Assembly: GCA_035547035.1 (NCBI GenBank) | Contig: DASZVL010000092.1 | Coordinates: 86,113-150,112, forward strand | Direction of reading: 5' to 3' | DNA: 64,000 nt | Source of the DNA: Mycobacteriales bacterium | GTDB lineage: Bacteria; Actinomycetota; Actinomycetes; JAFAQI01 | Shown here: in pieces, positions 21,745 through 30,749 of the stretch | How the letters are laid out: each line of letters starts with the position of its first letter | How positions within the stretch are numbered: the first letter of the stretch is position 1 | Translations under genes and position numbers: made by a program | The notes under the pieces: model-generated | What the model saw: the letters and a program-made list of their open reading frames with translations, nothing else | Database searches by the model: none | What the model was told of the DNA's origin: nothing

Positions 21745-22887
21745 TCAGTCGCGCGCGACGAGCCTGGCCTTGAGGTCGTTGATCGGCCCGATCGGCGTCG
21801 GGTCGAATCCGGTGGCGAGCGCGACGTAGACCGATGCGAAGTCGACGAGGCCGACGATCGAGGCGAGGCGCTCGAAAGCGGAATCACCCTCTGCCGACAG
21901 GACGGAGACGCCGACGCCGCGAGACCGGGCTACCTCGATGGAGGCATCGGCGCGCAGCGTGGCGTGGCCACCATCGTCGTCGCGGAGCATGACCAGGCGC
22001 AACCGGAACGGATCCGGATCCTCGACGCGGTCCCGGAAGATGTCGTCGTCGGCCGAAGCGCCTGCGAGGTTGCCGTCGAGGACCACCGACTGGTTGTGGT
22101 GCGCCTCCGGAAGCGCGCCCGCGATGGCGGGAGCCTTCGCGTTCTCGGCAAGCTGGCAGGCGGCGCGCAGCGCCGAGATCGGGCCGATCTCGCCACTCCC
22201 CCAGAACATCGGCAGCACGTCGAGCAGCTCGGCCGCGAGCGACTTCGCCGGGTTCACGAACGACTCGAGATCGGGGCGGCACGAGGACGCGATCGACTCG
22301 AGCCGGATTGCCGCCGCCTCCAAGTCGGCGAGGTCGTCACCGAGATCGAGCAGTCCCGCGCGCTCCGCCACCACGAGCAGCGGAACGACAAGGGCCCAGA
22401 GCGACGCCCGGGGAGCGACCTGCCCGACCACCGGGACGAAGGCGCCGTGCTCGGATCGGCAGTGCAGGTCCAGAGGCGAGTCAGCCGCGCCGACGCCGAG
22501 CAGTCGAGCACCCCGCCGGGCCGCCTCGACGGCGCTGCTCAGCGTCTCGGCCGTCGTACCGGAGCAGGACACCGCCATGACGAGGTCCGCGGCGCCGACC
22601 CAGCCGGGCAGGCTGTATCCCCGGTGAACGACCACCGGCACCGGGCATCTCGCGACCGCCAGAGCGGCGAGGACGTCGCCGGAGACCCCGGAGCCCCCCA
22701 TGCCGGCAACCACGATCGCGCGCGGGCGAGTGTCCAGCGCGAGTGGCGCGAGGGAGGCGTCCTGGACGGCCGTCAGCGATGAACGAATCTGAGCGGCGGA
22801 GCCTGCGACCGCCCGCAGCATGCCCGACGCGTCGAGCTCTGCGATCGCGGCTGGGTCGTCGAGACGATCGACGGCGACGGCTGGCAT
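21745..22887 (-). CDS. SIS domain protein (putative bifunctional phosphoglucose/phosphomannose isomerase, Rv3256c-like)
   Basis: 380 aa. IVVAGMGGSGVSGDVL SIS motif. Sits next to the phosphomannomutase gene. Confidence 0.8.
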   Translation of the reverse strand: MPAVAVDRLDDPAAIAELDASGMLRAVAGSAAQIRSSLTAVQDASLAPLALDTRPRAIVVAGMGGSGVSGDVLAALAVARCPVPVVVHRGYSLPGWVGAADLVMAVSCSGTTAETLSSAVEAARRGARLLGVGAADSPLDLHCRSEHGAFVPVVGQVAPRASLWALVVPLLVVAERAGLLDLGDDLADLEAAAIRLESIASSCRPDLESFVNPAKSLAAELLDVLPMFWGSGEIGPISALRAACQLAENAKAPAIAGALPEAHHNQSVVLDGNLAGASADDDIFRDRVEDPDPFRLRLVMLRDDDGGHATLRADASIEVARSRGVGVSVLSAEGDSAFERLASIVGLVDFASVYVALATGFDPTPIGPINDLKARLVARD

Positions 22888-22912
22888 CAGCGGATCAAAA
22901 CGCGACGAACGC

Positions 22913-23086
22913 CTATGCGTCCGGCTTGCGTGCCTCGTCGATCAGCAGCACCGGGATGTCGTCGCGCACCGGGTAGGCGTAGCCGCAGCCGGTGCACACG
23001 AGCTCGCTCGCCGCGTCGTCGACGCGCAGGTCGGCTCGGCAGTTCGGACAAGCCAGGATCTCGAGCAACGACGGGTCGAGGTTCAC
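22913..23086 (-). CDS. Trm112 family (UPF0434) small zinc-ribbon protein
   Basis: 57 aa from GTG 23086: VNLDPSLLEILACPNCRADL...CTGCGYAYPVRDDIPVLLIDEAR. The upstream Arg-rich part of the track ORF is discarded. Confidence 0.75.
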   Translation of the reverse strand: MNLDPSLLEILACPNCRADLRVDDAASELVCTGCGYAYPVRDDIPVLLIDEARKPDA

Positions 23087-23097
23087 AGTCGCTGAGT

Positions 23098-24450
23098 CTA
23101 CGGGCGGCGGATCACGTCGAGAACCTCGTCGCGCAGCTTCTCCATCGTGGCGCGGTCGGCGGCCTCGACGTTGAGCCGCAGCAACGGCTCGGTGTTGGAC
23201 GCGCGCACGTTGAACCACGCATGGTCATCCAGCTCCACGGTGAGGCCATCGAGCTCGTCGGTACGGGCGGCCCGCGAGGCGAATGCCTCCCTGACTGCGT
23301 CGAGCGATGCCCTCGTGTCGGCGACTTCGCTGTTCACCTCGCCTGAGCCGACGTACCGGTCGTAGGAAGCGAGCAGGGCCGACAGCGGACCGTCGTAGCC
23401 GCCGAGAGCTGCGAGCACATGGAGTGCGGCGAGCATGCCCGAGTCGGCACGCCAGAAGTCTCGGAAGTAGAAGTGACCTGAGTGCTCGCCCCCGAACACC
23501 GCGCCGGTGTCGGCCATCGTCGCCTTGATGAAGGAGTGTCCGACCCGGGTCCGCACCGGGGTACCGCCGCGTTGACGCACGATCTCGGGCACCGCGTGCG
23601 AGGTGATGAGATTGTGGATGATCGTCGCACCCGGCTCGCGCTCGAGCTCACGCTCGGCGATCAGCGCCGTGAGGACAGACGGCGACACGATCTCCCCGCG
23701 CTCGTCGACCACGAAGCAGCGATCCGCATCCCCGTCGAAGGCAAGCCCGACGTCCGCACCTCGCTTCAGCACCTCCGCCTGGAGGTCGCGGAGGTTCTCA
23801 GGCTCGATGGGGTTCGCCTCGTGGTTCGGGAAGCTGCCATCGAGCTCGAAGTACATCGGCGTCAGGTCGACGGGCAGCGACTCGAAGACCTTGGGCACGG
23901 TAAGGCCGCCCATGCCGTTGCCGGCATCGACGACGACCCGCAGCCGGCGGAGGTCGCTGATGCCGGGCACGAGCTTGATCAGGTACGCCGCGTAGTCGCC
24001 GAGCAGATCGCGCTGCGTCACGCTGCCTCGCGGGCCGTCGGTGTCCGGCACGCCCCTCTCGGCGAGGTCACGGATGTCGGCGAGCCCGGTCTCCAAGCCG
24101 ATCGGCGCTGCGCCGGCGCGGCACATCTTGATGCCGTTGTAGCGCGCCGGATTGTGGCTCGCGGTGAACATCGCACCCGGCACACCGAGCGTGCCGGCGG
24201 CGTAGTAGAGGAGGTCCGTCGACCCCAGCCCGGCCTCGACGACGTCAGCGCCCTGCGCCGTCGCACCGTCAGCGAAAGCGGCGGCGAGGCTGGGCGAGGA
24301 CTCGCGCATGTCGTGCGCGGTCACGATCCGGTCGGCGTCGAGGAAGCGGACGAACGCGGCGCCGAGTGACCGCGCGAGCGCGGTGTCGAGCTGATCGGGG
24401 ACGACGCCCCGGATGTCGTACGCCTTGACGATCGCGCTGAGCCGACTCAC
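23098..24450 (-). CDS. manB: phosphomannomutase/phosphoglucomutase
   Basis: 450 aa. Active-site loop FTASHNPARYNGIK, metal loop FDGDADR, sugar-binding GGEHSGH. Confidence 0.95.
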   Translation of the reverse strand: MSRLSAIVKAYDIRGVVPDQLDTALARSLGAAFVRFLDADRIVTAHDMRESSPSLAAAFADGATAQGADVVEAGLGSTDLLYYAAGTLGVPGAMFTASHNPARYNGIKMCRAGAAPIGLETGLADIRDLAERGVPDTDGPRGSVTQRDLLGDYAAYLIKLVPGISDLRRLRVVVDAGNGMGGLTVPKVFESLPVDLTPMYFELDGSFPNHEANPIEPENLRDLQAEVLKRGADVGLAFDGDADRCFVVDERGEIVSPSVLTALIAERELEREPGATIIHNLITSHAVPEIVRQRGGTPVRTRVGHSFIKATMADTGAVFGGEHSGHFYFRDFWRADSGMLAALHVLAALGGYDGPLSALLASYDRYVGSGEVNSEVADTRASLDAVREAFASRAARTDELDGLTVELDDHAWFNVRASNTEPLLRLNVEAADRATMEKLRDEVLDVIRRP

Positions 24451-24530
24451 CCAGCGACGCTACCCGCGCAGATCGCTCCCATGACTCGAGCCCGCCTCGG
24501 GCCGCGCCCGACGCGTCGCGACCCCTCGCT

Positions 24531-24610
24531 CGTATGTCACACAGGTGTCGTAGATCGCTGCCCGTATGTCACATGGGCGTCGCAGATCACAACACCCATG
24601 TGACATGCGA
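24531..24610. repeat. intergenic structured repeat element, copy B
   Basis: Palindromes ATGTCACAC, ATGTCACAT and ATGTGACAT are centred at 24538, 24570 and 24602, the same 32-bp spacing as copy A. Ungapped 62/80 identity to 9134-9213. Lies between the zinc-ribbon gene stop (24643) and the manB start (24450). Confidence 0.8.
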
Positions 24611-24642
24611 TCCGGGCCGAGCGAACGCCCGGGAGGCGGCAC

Positions 24643-24918
24643 CTACTTCTTCGGCTTGGCAGTGCGGCTGAGGACGTCGGCGAAGTCGAGCGCACCCTTC
24701 GCGTCGGCCCAGACCTTGTGCTCGCAGGCGTGGCAGGAGCAGAACGTGACAGGCGTTCCGTCCGTGAGGGTCATCGCGAGGGCGGTCACGCGCTCGCTGC
24801 CGCACGACGGGCAGCATTGACCGGCGCGGGCGCCGGGGCGGGTCAGTGAAGAGGGCGTGGCGTCGCGCTGGTCGGGGATCGAAAGGCCGACAGGCTTGCA
24901 GGCGTCAATCGACTTCAT
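24643..24918 (-). CDS. small 4-Cys zinc-ribbon protein, function unknown
   Basis: 91 aa from ATG 24918, with GGGAGG 8 nt upstream. CPSCGS...CSCHAC cysteine pairs and a lysine-rich C-terminus (AKPKK). Confidence 0.6.
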   Translation of the reverse strand: MKSIDACKPVGLSIPDQRDATPSSLTRPGARAGQCCPSCGSERVTALAMTLTDGTPVTFCSCHACEHKVWADAKGALDFADVLSRTAKPKK

Positions 24919-25047
24919 GGGGGGGAACCTCCCGGTGGGCACCGGAGTTGGCTGGGATGGGGAAGACGAACAAGCAAGGTCTTCGGCGCCGCGGCCGAAT
25001 GGCTTGAGAATGCGGCGGTTCTAGGACAAATCGGACATGAGCCGCCG

Positions 25048-25407
25048 CTAGGCGGTCGGCGGGATCACGCGCAGGTGGCCCCGGCGCCCGAACTCGGCAG
25101 GCTCCGGCTCCGCCACCACCGGCACGGGCGGCAGCGGGCGCGCGGCCTCACGAACCGCCTCGGCGAGCGCAGCGAGGTCGTCCTCACCGGGCAACGCCGC
25201 GTCGGCATCGACGTCGAGCCTGACCACTTCCCAGCCCCTGGGCGCAGTGAGCCGGTCGGCGTGGGCATCACACAGGTCGTAGGAGTGCGGCTCGGCGTAC
25301 GTCGCGAGCGGGCCCACCACCGCTGTGGAGTCCGAGTAGGCATAGGTGAGCGTCGCGACCGCGGGGCGGCCACATGCGGTCCGCGAGCAGCGGCGCAGAG
25401 GGCTCAC
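25048..25407 (-). CDS. DUF3499 domain protein (Rv3258c-like)
   Basis: 119 aa. RRCSRTACGRPAVATLTYAYSDSTAVVGPL...HSYDLCDAHADRLTAPRGWEVVRL. Confidence 0.8.
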   Translation of the reverse strand: MSPLRRCSRTACGRPAVATLTYAYSDSTAVVGPLATYAEPHSYDLCDAHADRLTAPRGWEVVRLDVDADAALPGEDDLAALAEAVREAARPLPPVPVVAEPEPAEFGRRGHLRVIPPTA

Positions 25408-25516
25408 GTCGCGACGGTACTCGCCGACAAGGTCCGCAAGCCATCACCGACGCACGTGTCGCGCGGGTGAATCCTGCCCACCCGTACCCTGCCGGGATGC
25501 AGGACCGGCGCAGCCG

Positions 25517-25942
25517 ATGAGGCGTGACCGCCACGGCAGAGGGGCGCGGGGAGCGCTCGCGCCATCGACCGTTCCGGTCGCCGCGACAGCTGCCGACCGC
25601 TTCGACCGGCTGGCCAGCGCGGCCATCGAGCACGTCGAGCGCCGCTGGCGCGATCAGCTCGCCGACGTCGAGTTCGCCGTCGACCTGGTCCCGCCAGTGG
25701 ATGTCGAGGAGACCGGAGGCCCGGCCGAGGGGTCGATCGAGTCGGGCGGCGTGCTGCTGGCGCAGATTCTCCCCGCGGTTGCGCGGCAGCAGGCCCACAT
25801 CATCCTGTATCGCAAGCCCATCGAGCTGCGAGCCAGAGACAGCGAGGACCTCGAGGACCTGGTCCACGACATCGTCGTCCACGTGATCGCCAACTACCTC
25901 GGGCTGGAACCCGGCGTCGTAGATCCGGGTTTCGACGAGTAG
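25517..25942 (+). CDS. Rv3259-like conserved actinobacterial protein (family often annotated as zincin-like metallopeptidase)
   Basis: 141 aa from ATG 25517. RFDRLASAAIEHVERRWRDQLADVEFAVDLVP...ILYRKPIELRARDSEDLEDLVHDIVVHVIANYLGLEP. No HExxH motif is visible. Divergent from the DUF3499 gene, as in the Rv3258c/Rv3259 pair. Confidence 0.65.
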   Translation: MRRDRHGRGARGALAPSTVPVAATAADRFDRLASAAIEHVERRWRDQLADVEFAVDLVPPVDVEETGGPAEGSIESGGVLLAQILPAVARQQAHIILYRKPIELRARDSEDLEDLVHDIVVHVIANYLGLEPGVVDPGFDE

Positions 25943-25961
25943 GTCCTGTCTGACAACCTGG

Positions 25962-27416
25962 TCAGTCGACCCCGAGCCTCGGCTCCTGGCGCACCGCCGG
26001 CAGCGGCAGCGGCTGCGGGAGCGGCGTGAGCGGCTCGCTCGTCATCAGCGCGCCATGCGCGCCGTGCAACAGCAGCAGCCGCACGGCGTAGATCGGGCCC
26101 GACCCCGTCGAGGTGACGACGAATGACCATGGGCCGGTCCGCGACTTCACGAGATCGGTGAGGTAGGTCTGCACGGTGTGCCCGGCTGCGACGTTGATCG
26201 TCCGGCTGCCGCCCGACGGGGTGGTGACGCGGACCGAGCCGGCGCCAGCGGGAGCGCTCAGGATCAATACGCAGTCGCCGCCGTCAGGCTCCCGCCCCGT
26301 GGCAACTGCGGCCGGTAAGCTCAGCGGCTTCGTCGCGGCCAGCCAGATGAAGTCGGGTCGCAGCTTGCTTCGTCCCGGGACCAGGCTGGCTTCCCCCGAG
26401 GCGAACACCGGAATGTCACTGGTCAACAAGACGGCACCAGACAGCCCGTTCAAGGCCTTGGTCACATCCACGGTGGCGGTCCGGCCCGGACCCACCACGA
26501 AGTCCTTCGCACTCGAGGGTGTGAACTCACCATCCGGGGTCGCAACCTTCACGGACACGCTGGCGTCCGACGTGCCGGGGTTCACGACGACGAGGCTGCG
26601 CGGACCCGCGGTGGCGGGGAAGCCCGGGATGACGAGATGTCGAGACGGGGGCACCGTCGGCGGCACCAGGTCGCCGCCGTTCGACTCGATTCCCTGGCTC
26701 CTGCGGTCGATCACCGACGCGGTGACCGCACCGCTGTCGGCGTGAACGTGCATCGCGACTGTCGGGATGTCGGGCGCAACGGTGAAGATGCCGACGGGAA
26801 CCCGGGAACGGGCGGGCACCCGGATCGAGGCGAGCCGAGGCGTGTCGACCACGCCCTTGGCTGTCCAAAGCGTGACCGCGACGTTGGCGTCGGTCGAGGC
26901 GGCGTTGGCGAGGATCAACCGGTCGGTGAACCCGAGCTTGCCGTTGCCACCGGCGAACCACCAATCGGTCGCGGGCGCCAGGCACGCGCTGCCGGCGAGC
27001 GCGCGGTAGCGACCCTGCGTCGTCTCGACGATCTCGTCTGCGGTCAGGCTGGCGGCAATCGTGCCCTGACTGCTGATCGCCACGGACTCGGGCACCTGGC
27101 TGCGACTGTGGACCGCAGCCCAAGGCAGGACCTTCAACGTCGACGTCGTCGACTTGCTGCCCTCGAGAACGGTCGCAGTCACGGTGCCGGAGCCATGCGC
27201 CGACCCGTGCAGCGCGCCGCCGACGTCGGAGACGGTGGCCACCGAGGAGGTGTGGGCAGGAGAGCCGTTCACGACCGGGCAGATCAGGGTGCTCCCGACG
27301 ACCGGCGCCGTCCCCGCGGACTTCGCGCTGCGGTGGGCCGCCGTCGTGCCGGTCACGAACGCAAGGATCACGGCGACGACGACGACGCCGCCCAGGACCG
27401 GTACGTCGCGCCTCAC
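25962..27416 (-). CDS. DUF5719-like secreted/membrane-anchored protein
   Basis: 484 aa from GTG 27416 (GTGA overlap with the GT2 stop). N-terminal TM segment VLGGVVVVAVILAFV, then a long Ser/Thr/Val/Gly-rich beta-type region. Always read together with the upstream GT2 gene. Confidence 0.6.
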   Translation of the reverse strand: MRRDVPVLGGVVVVAVILAFVTGTTAAHRSAKSAGTAPVVGSTLICPVVNGSPAHTSSVATVSDVGGALHGSAHGSGTVTATVLEGSKSTTSTLKVLPWAAVHSRSQVPESVAISSQGTIAASLTADEIVETTQGRYRALAGSACLAPATDWWFAGGNGKLGFTDRLILANAASTDANVAVTLWTAKGVVDTPRLASIRVPARSRVPVGIFTVAPDIPTVAMHVHADSGAVTASVIDRRSQGIESNGGDLVPPTVPPSRHLVIPGFPATAGPRSLVVVNPGTSDASVSVKVATPDGEFTPSSAKDFVVGPGRTATVDVTKALNGLSGAVLLTSDIPVFASGEASLVPGRSKLRPDFIWLAATKPLSLPAAVATGREPDGGDCVLILSAPAGAGSVRVTTPSGGSRTINVAAGHTVQTYLTDLVKSRTGPWSFVVTSTGSGPIYAVRLLLLHGAHGALMTSEPLTPLPQPLPLPAVRQEPRLGVD

Positions 27417-30400
27417 AGCGTGGTCTTCCGGTGCGTGTGCGGACCTGCCCCGGCGCCGAAGAGGATCACTGCGACCAGTGCCGCAAGCTGGACGACCAGC
27501 CACCAGTGCCGGCTGCCGCTGTCGAAGCTGACCCGGATCTTGCCGGCGCGCGCCGGAAGCTCGAACGCCTGCGCCCAGCCGTAGGCAGTCGTCGGCCGCA
27601 GCTGCTGGCCACCCAGCGTCGCGTGCCACCGTGACTCGGCGGGCTCGGCGAGGACCAGCAGCCGCGACCCGGACCCGGCCGCGACGACAGATCCGTTGCC
27701 CGGCAGCACCTCAGCCGGCGCGGCGGACGGGAGATCGCCACGACTCGCTGTGGCTGCCGCCGACCCGGTGAGGACCGTGATCTCGCCGGTGTTGAGCGAC
27801 GAGTGCCACACGGTGGCGCTCGGCACCGGGATGACGGTGAGCGTGCTCGCCCGGCCCAGCTGCGACGCGACGTGGCGCGCCGTACGGTTCGCAGCTACGA
27901 CGTAGTTGACCCCGAACGGCACGAGCTCCGGCCCCGCACCGGGCTTGCCTGCCACCAGATCCTGAACCGCTGCGGCGAGATGTGCGGACGCGCGATCCGC
28001 CGAGTGTCCGGAGACCGCTTGGTCACCCGACCCGAGCACCGGTCCGCCGGGCATGCGTACGAGCGCGTAGTGGACGTTGTGGGCATCGCCGCCGAGGATC
28101 AATGCCCGTCCGGCCGTCGGCACCTTGAGCTCGGCCTGGACGTAGAGCGGCAGGATCGCCGGCTCGTTGCCGCGCAACGGCTTGGCGACGCCTCTGATCA
28201 GCCACCCACCGACGAGCGTCGCGGTTGCAACGAGAGCGAGACCGACGATCACCACCGCGGTGGGCTGTCGCCAGCCGAAGCTCTGGTCGCGCAGTGCCGG
28301 CCTGGCGCCAACTGCGGCGACGACCGCGGTGAGCAACGCACCCGCGCCCGCGACCAGCAAGACTAGACCCGGCCAGTGCCGCGTGCTCGCGAACCCGCTC
28401 GTCACATTGGCTCCGCGGGTCATCACGATCGCCACCACCACACCGACCACGAAGGCAATGGCGCCCAAGCGGGCGGCCGCGATGCGGCTGTCTCGTTGCA
28501 GTCCGAGCACGATCGCGCCGACGATCGGGATGCCGACCCAGAACGGCGGCTGCGCCGGCCCCCCGGCACGCAGGAGCGCGATCAGCACCCCCGACGGAGC
28601 CGAGTGGGACGCGTAGAACTCAGGAAGGCCGCTGCCTGCGAACAACACGCTCGGGTGTGCGATGACGTGCCAGGTCCATGGCAGCAACACCACCAGCGGG
28701 ATACCGAGGACACCCGCAGTCACCGACAGCCGTTCCCTGAGGGCGCCGCCGAGGTGGCCGCCTCCGCCGGCGTCGGCAGCCGGGTCGGCCGACCTCAGAT
28801 AGCCGATCGCAAGGAAGCCGACGCACGCGGCCGCGGCGAACACCCACAACAGCGGCGCAAACGCCGCGGCGACCGCCAGCCACAGGCCGGCTCTCACCGC
28901 CCGCCCGCGCACCGTCCCAAACGCGTCGTGCTGCAGGGCGAGGGTGATGCTCCGCACGACTCGCGGCAGGACGATCGCCGTGACGATCACGTCCAGCCGT
29001 CCGGTCGCAATCGCTCCGGTGACCGCGGGCAGCAGCGCGTAGACGACACAGACCCAGACCCGGATCCGCACCGCCGTTGTGAGGATGCGCAAGGACGTGA
29101 AGGCACTGAGTGCAGCGAGCGGTACCGCGCCGAGGACGAGGATGTCGATCGCCAGCCAGGTCTTGCCGAGCAGCACCGTCGAGAACAGCGCGAGCAACGC
29201 GACCGACGGCGGCGACGGCGCGGTCGACCCGATGTTGGATGGGTGCCACGCACTGACGTACGACGACCACAGGTCGCTGGCGCCGGATGGCATCGGAAGC
29301 AACCGGCCGCCGTGAATCGTGCCGGACAACACGTGCCGGTCGGCGATGACCGCGAGCAGGCTCAAGAGGATGAACAGCAGCGACCCCGGGCGGCGCAGGA
29401 ACTCGCCGACCGCACTGATCTCGTCGGCGAGCGACTCGGCCTCTTCGGACACCGGGCCGGACTCGACGGCGACGCGTCGACGCGAGACCGGAGCGTCAGG
29501 TGCGGCGCCCGACTGCGGACGCATCGTGACGAGGCTCGACACCCACCGACCCGATGGGGGGAACAACCGGCGCAGATCGCCATAGCTCACATCGCGCGAC
29601 GCTTTGCGGGACCGGCGGCTGGCGATCAAGGCGCCAGGTGCTGCGACGACCTGTCCGAGCGCGCTCAGCTCGGCGGCTGCCTCGCGCGGCCGGCGCGACA
29701 GAACGACGAGCGCGATCGAGTGGAGCACGCCCACGACGACGTACCGGAGCAGGAGCAGCGGGACGAGGAAGTCCGCCGTGTTGGCCAGCACGATCCGCAT
29801 TCCGTTGCGTCGGCGCACCACCAAGCTGCGAACCGGCGAGCCCGCCGGCCGGTCGCCGGCACACGACTCGCCGACGTGACGGACCACAGCCCGCGGGACG
29901 ACGACGACTCGTCCGCCCGCGGCGTTGACGCGCCAGCCGAGGTCGATCTCGGCGCCGAACTCGGCGAACTGCGGATCCATCCCGCCGAGTGAGTCCCAGA
30001 TGTCGCGGCGAACCAGCGACCCCGCGACACCCACCGCGAGCACCTCGTCGGTGTCGTCACGCTGTCCCTGGTCGGGCTCGCGACGGTCGAGGCCGGTCTC
30101 CACGTGGCCCGCCGCGTCGATCGACAGGCCGGCCTGAACCAGCAGCGAGCCGTTCCCGTCCAGAACCTTGGGGCCGGCCAGCCAGACCGAGGGCGAGTGG
30201 ACGACGCGCAGCAGCAGCTCGTCGAGCGCCTCGGGCTCGGGCTCACTGTCGTCGTGCAGCAGCCACAGCCATTCCACAGGGGCGTCGTCGCGACTTCGAC
30301 GATCGGGCCGGCCGGCAAGCAGCTCGAGACCGGCGCTGACGGCAGCGCCCACGCCCGCGAAGGCGTCGAGCTCGACGATGTGCGATTTGCCGACTCGGTC

Positions 30401-30583
30401 GGTCGCGATCGCCACTGTCCGGTCGGTGCTTGCGAAGTCGACCACCACGACACGGTCCGCACGGCGGACCTGGTGGGCGAGCGCGTCGAGGGTCTTCGGT
30501 AGCCGCGCCGCGCCGTCGCGGCACATGATGATCGCCGTGACGAGGTGCCCGGGGTGCCGGGTGCGCGAGGAGGTCGGAGACAT
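27413..30583 (-). CDS. family 2 glycosyltransferase fused to a large polytopic membrane domain
   Basis: 1056 aa. N-terminal GT-A fold (VTAIIMCRDGA..., DxD-like LHDDSEPEP, GSLVRRDIW), followed by about 700 aa with many predicted TM helices. Confidence 0.85.
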   Translation of the reverse strand: MSPTSSRTRHPGHLVTAIIMCRDGAARLPKTLDALAHQVRRADRVVVVDFASTDRTVAIATDRVGKSHIVELDAFAGVGAAVSAGLELLAGRPDRRSRDDAPVEWLWLLHDDSEPEPEALDELLLRVVHSPSVWLAGPKVLDGNGSLLVQAGLSIDAAGHVETGLDRREPDQGQRDDTDEVLAVGVAGSLVRRDIWDSLGGMDPQFAEFGAEIDLGWRVNAAGGRVVVVPRAVVRHVGESCAGDRPAGSPVRSLVVRRRNGMRIVLANTADFLVPLLLLRYVVVGVLHSIALVVLSRRPREAAAELSALGQVVAAPGALIASRRSRKASRDVSYGDLRRLFPPSGRWVSSLVTMRPQSGAAPDAPVSRRRVAVESGPVSEEAESLADEISAVGEFLRRPGSLLFILLSLLAVIADRHVLSGTIHGGRLLPMPSGASDLWSSYVSAWHPSNIGSTAPSPPSVALLALFSTVLLGKTWLAIDILVLGAVPLAALSAFTSLRILTTAVRIRVWVCVVYALLPAVTGAIATGRLDVIVTAIVLPRVVRSITLALQHDAFGTVRGRAVRAGLWLAVAAAFAPLLWVFAAAACVGFLAIGYLRSADPAADAGGGGHLGGALRERLSVTAGVLGIPLVVLLPWTWHVIAHPSVLFAGSGLPEFYASHSAPSGVLIALLRAGGPAQPPFWVGIPIVGAIVLGLQRDSRIAAARLGAIAFVVGVVVAIVMTRGANVTSGFASTRHWPGLVLLVAGAGALLTAVVAAVGARPALRDQSFGWRQPTAVVIVGLALVATATLVGGWLIRGVAKPLRGNEPAILPLYVQAELKVPTAGRALILGGDAHNVHYALVRMPGGPVLGSGDQAVSGHSADRASAHLAAAVQDLVAGKPGAGPELVPFGVNYVVAANRTARHVASQLGRASTLTVIPVPSATVWHSSLNTGEITVLTGSAAATASRGDLPSAAPAEVLPGNGSVVAAGSGSRLLVLAEPAESRWHATLGGQQLRPTTAYGWAQAFELPARAGKIRVSFDSGSRHWWLVVQLAALVAVILFGAGAGPHTHRKTTL

Positions 30584-30749
30584 AGCGAGTTCCGGGGCTA
30601 GCCGGCCTTAGCAGCGTACGCGGGCGCTGACGGCGTCAGCGGCCAGGCCGCACCGCATCCTCGGGGCCCCCGGAATCGCGCACCGATCTCGTGGGGTGTA
30701 CCGCGTGGAAGGGCAGGCGTACGCCGCTGGCGGCGTCGTCAGCCTCGCG

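Noticed and set aside
25880-25915. The Rv3259-like protein reads VVHVIANYLG at the position where a zincin HExxH motif would be expected. This could suggest an inactivated metallopeptidase.
   Set aside because: As far as I recall, the mycobacterial Rv3259 ortholog also lacks HExxH at this position. The absence is therefore probably a family trait, not a lineage-specific loss. I cannot settle this without an alignment.
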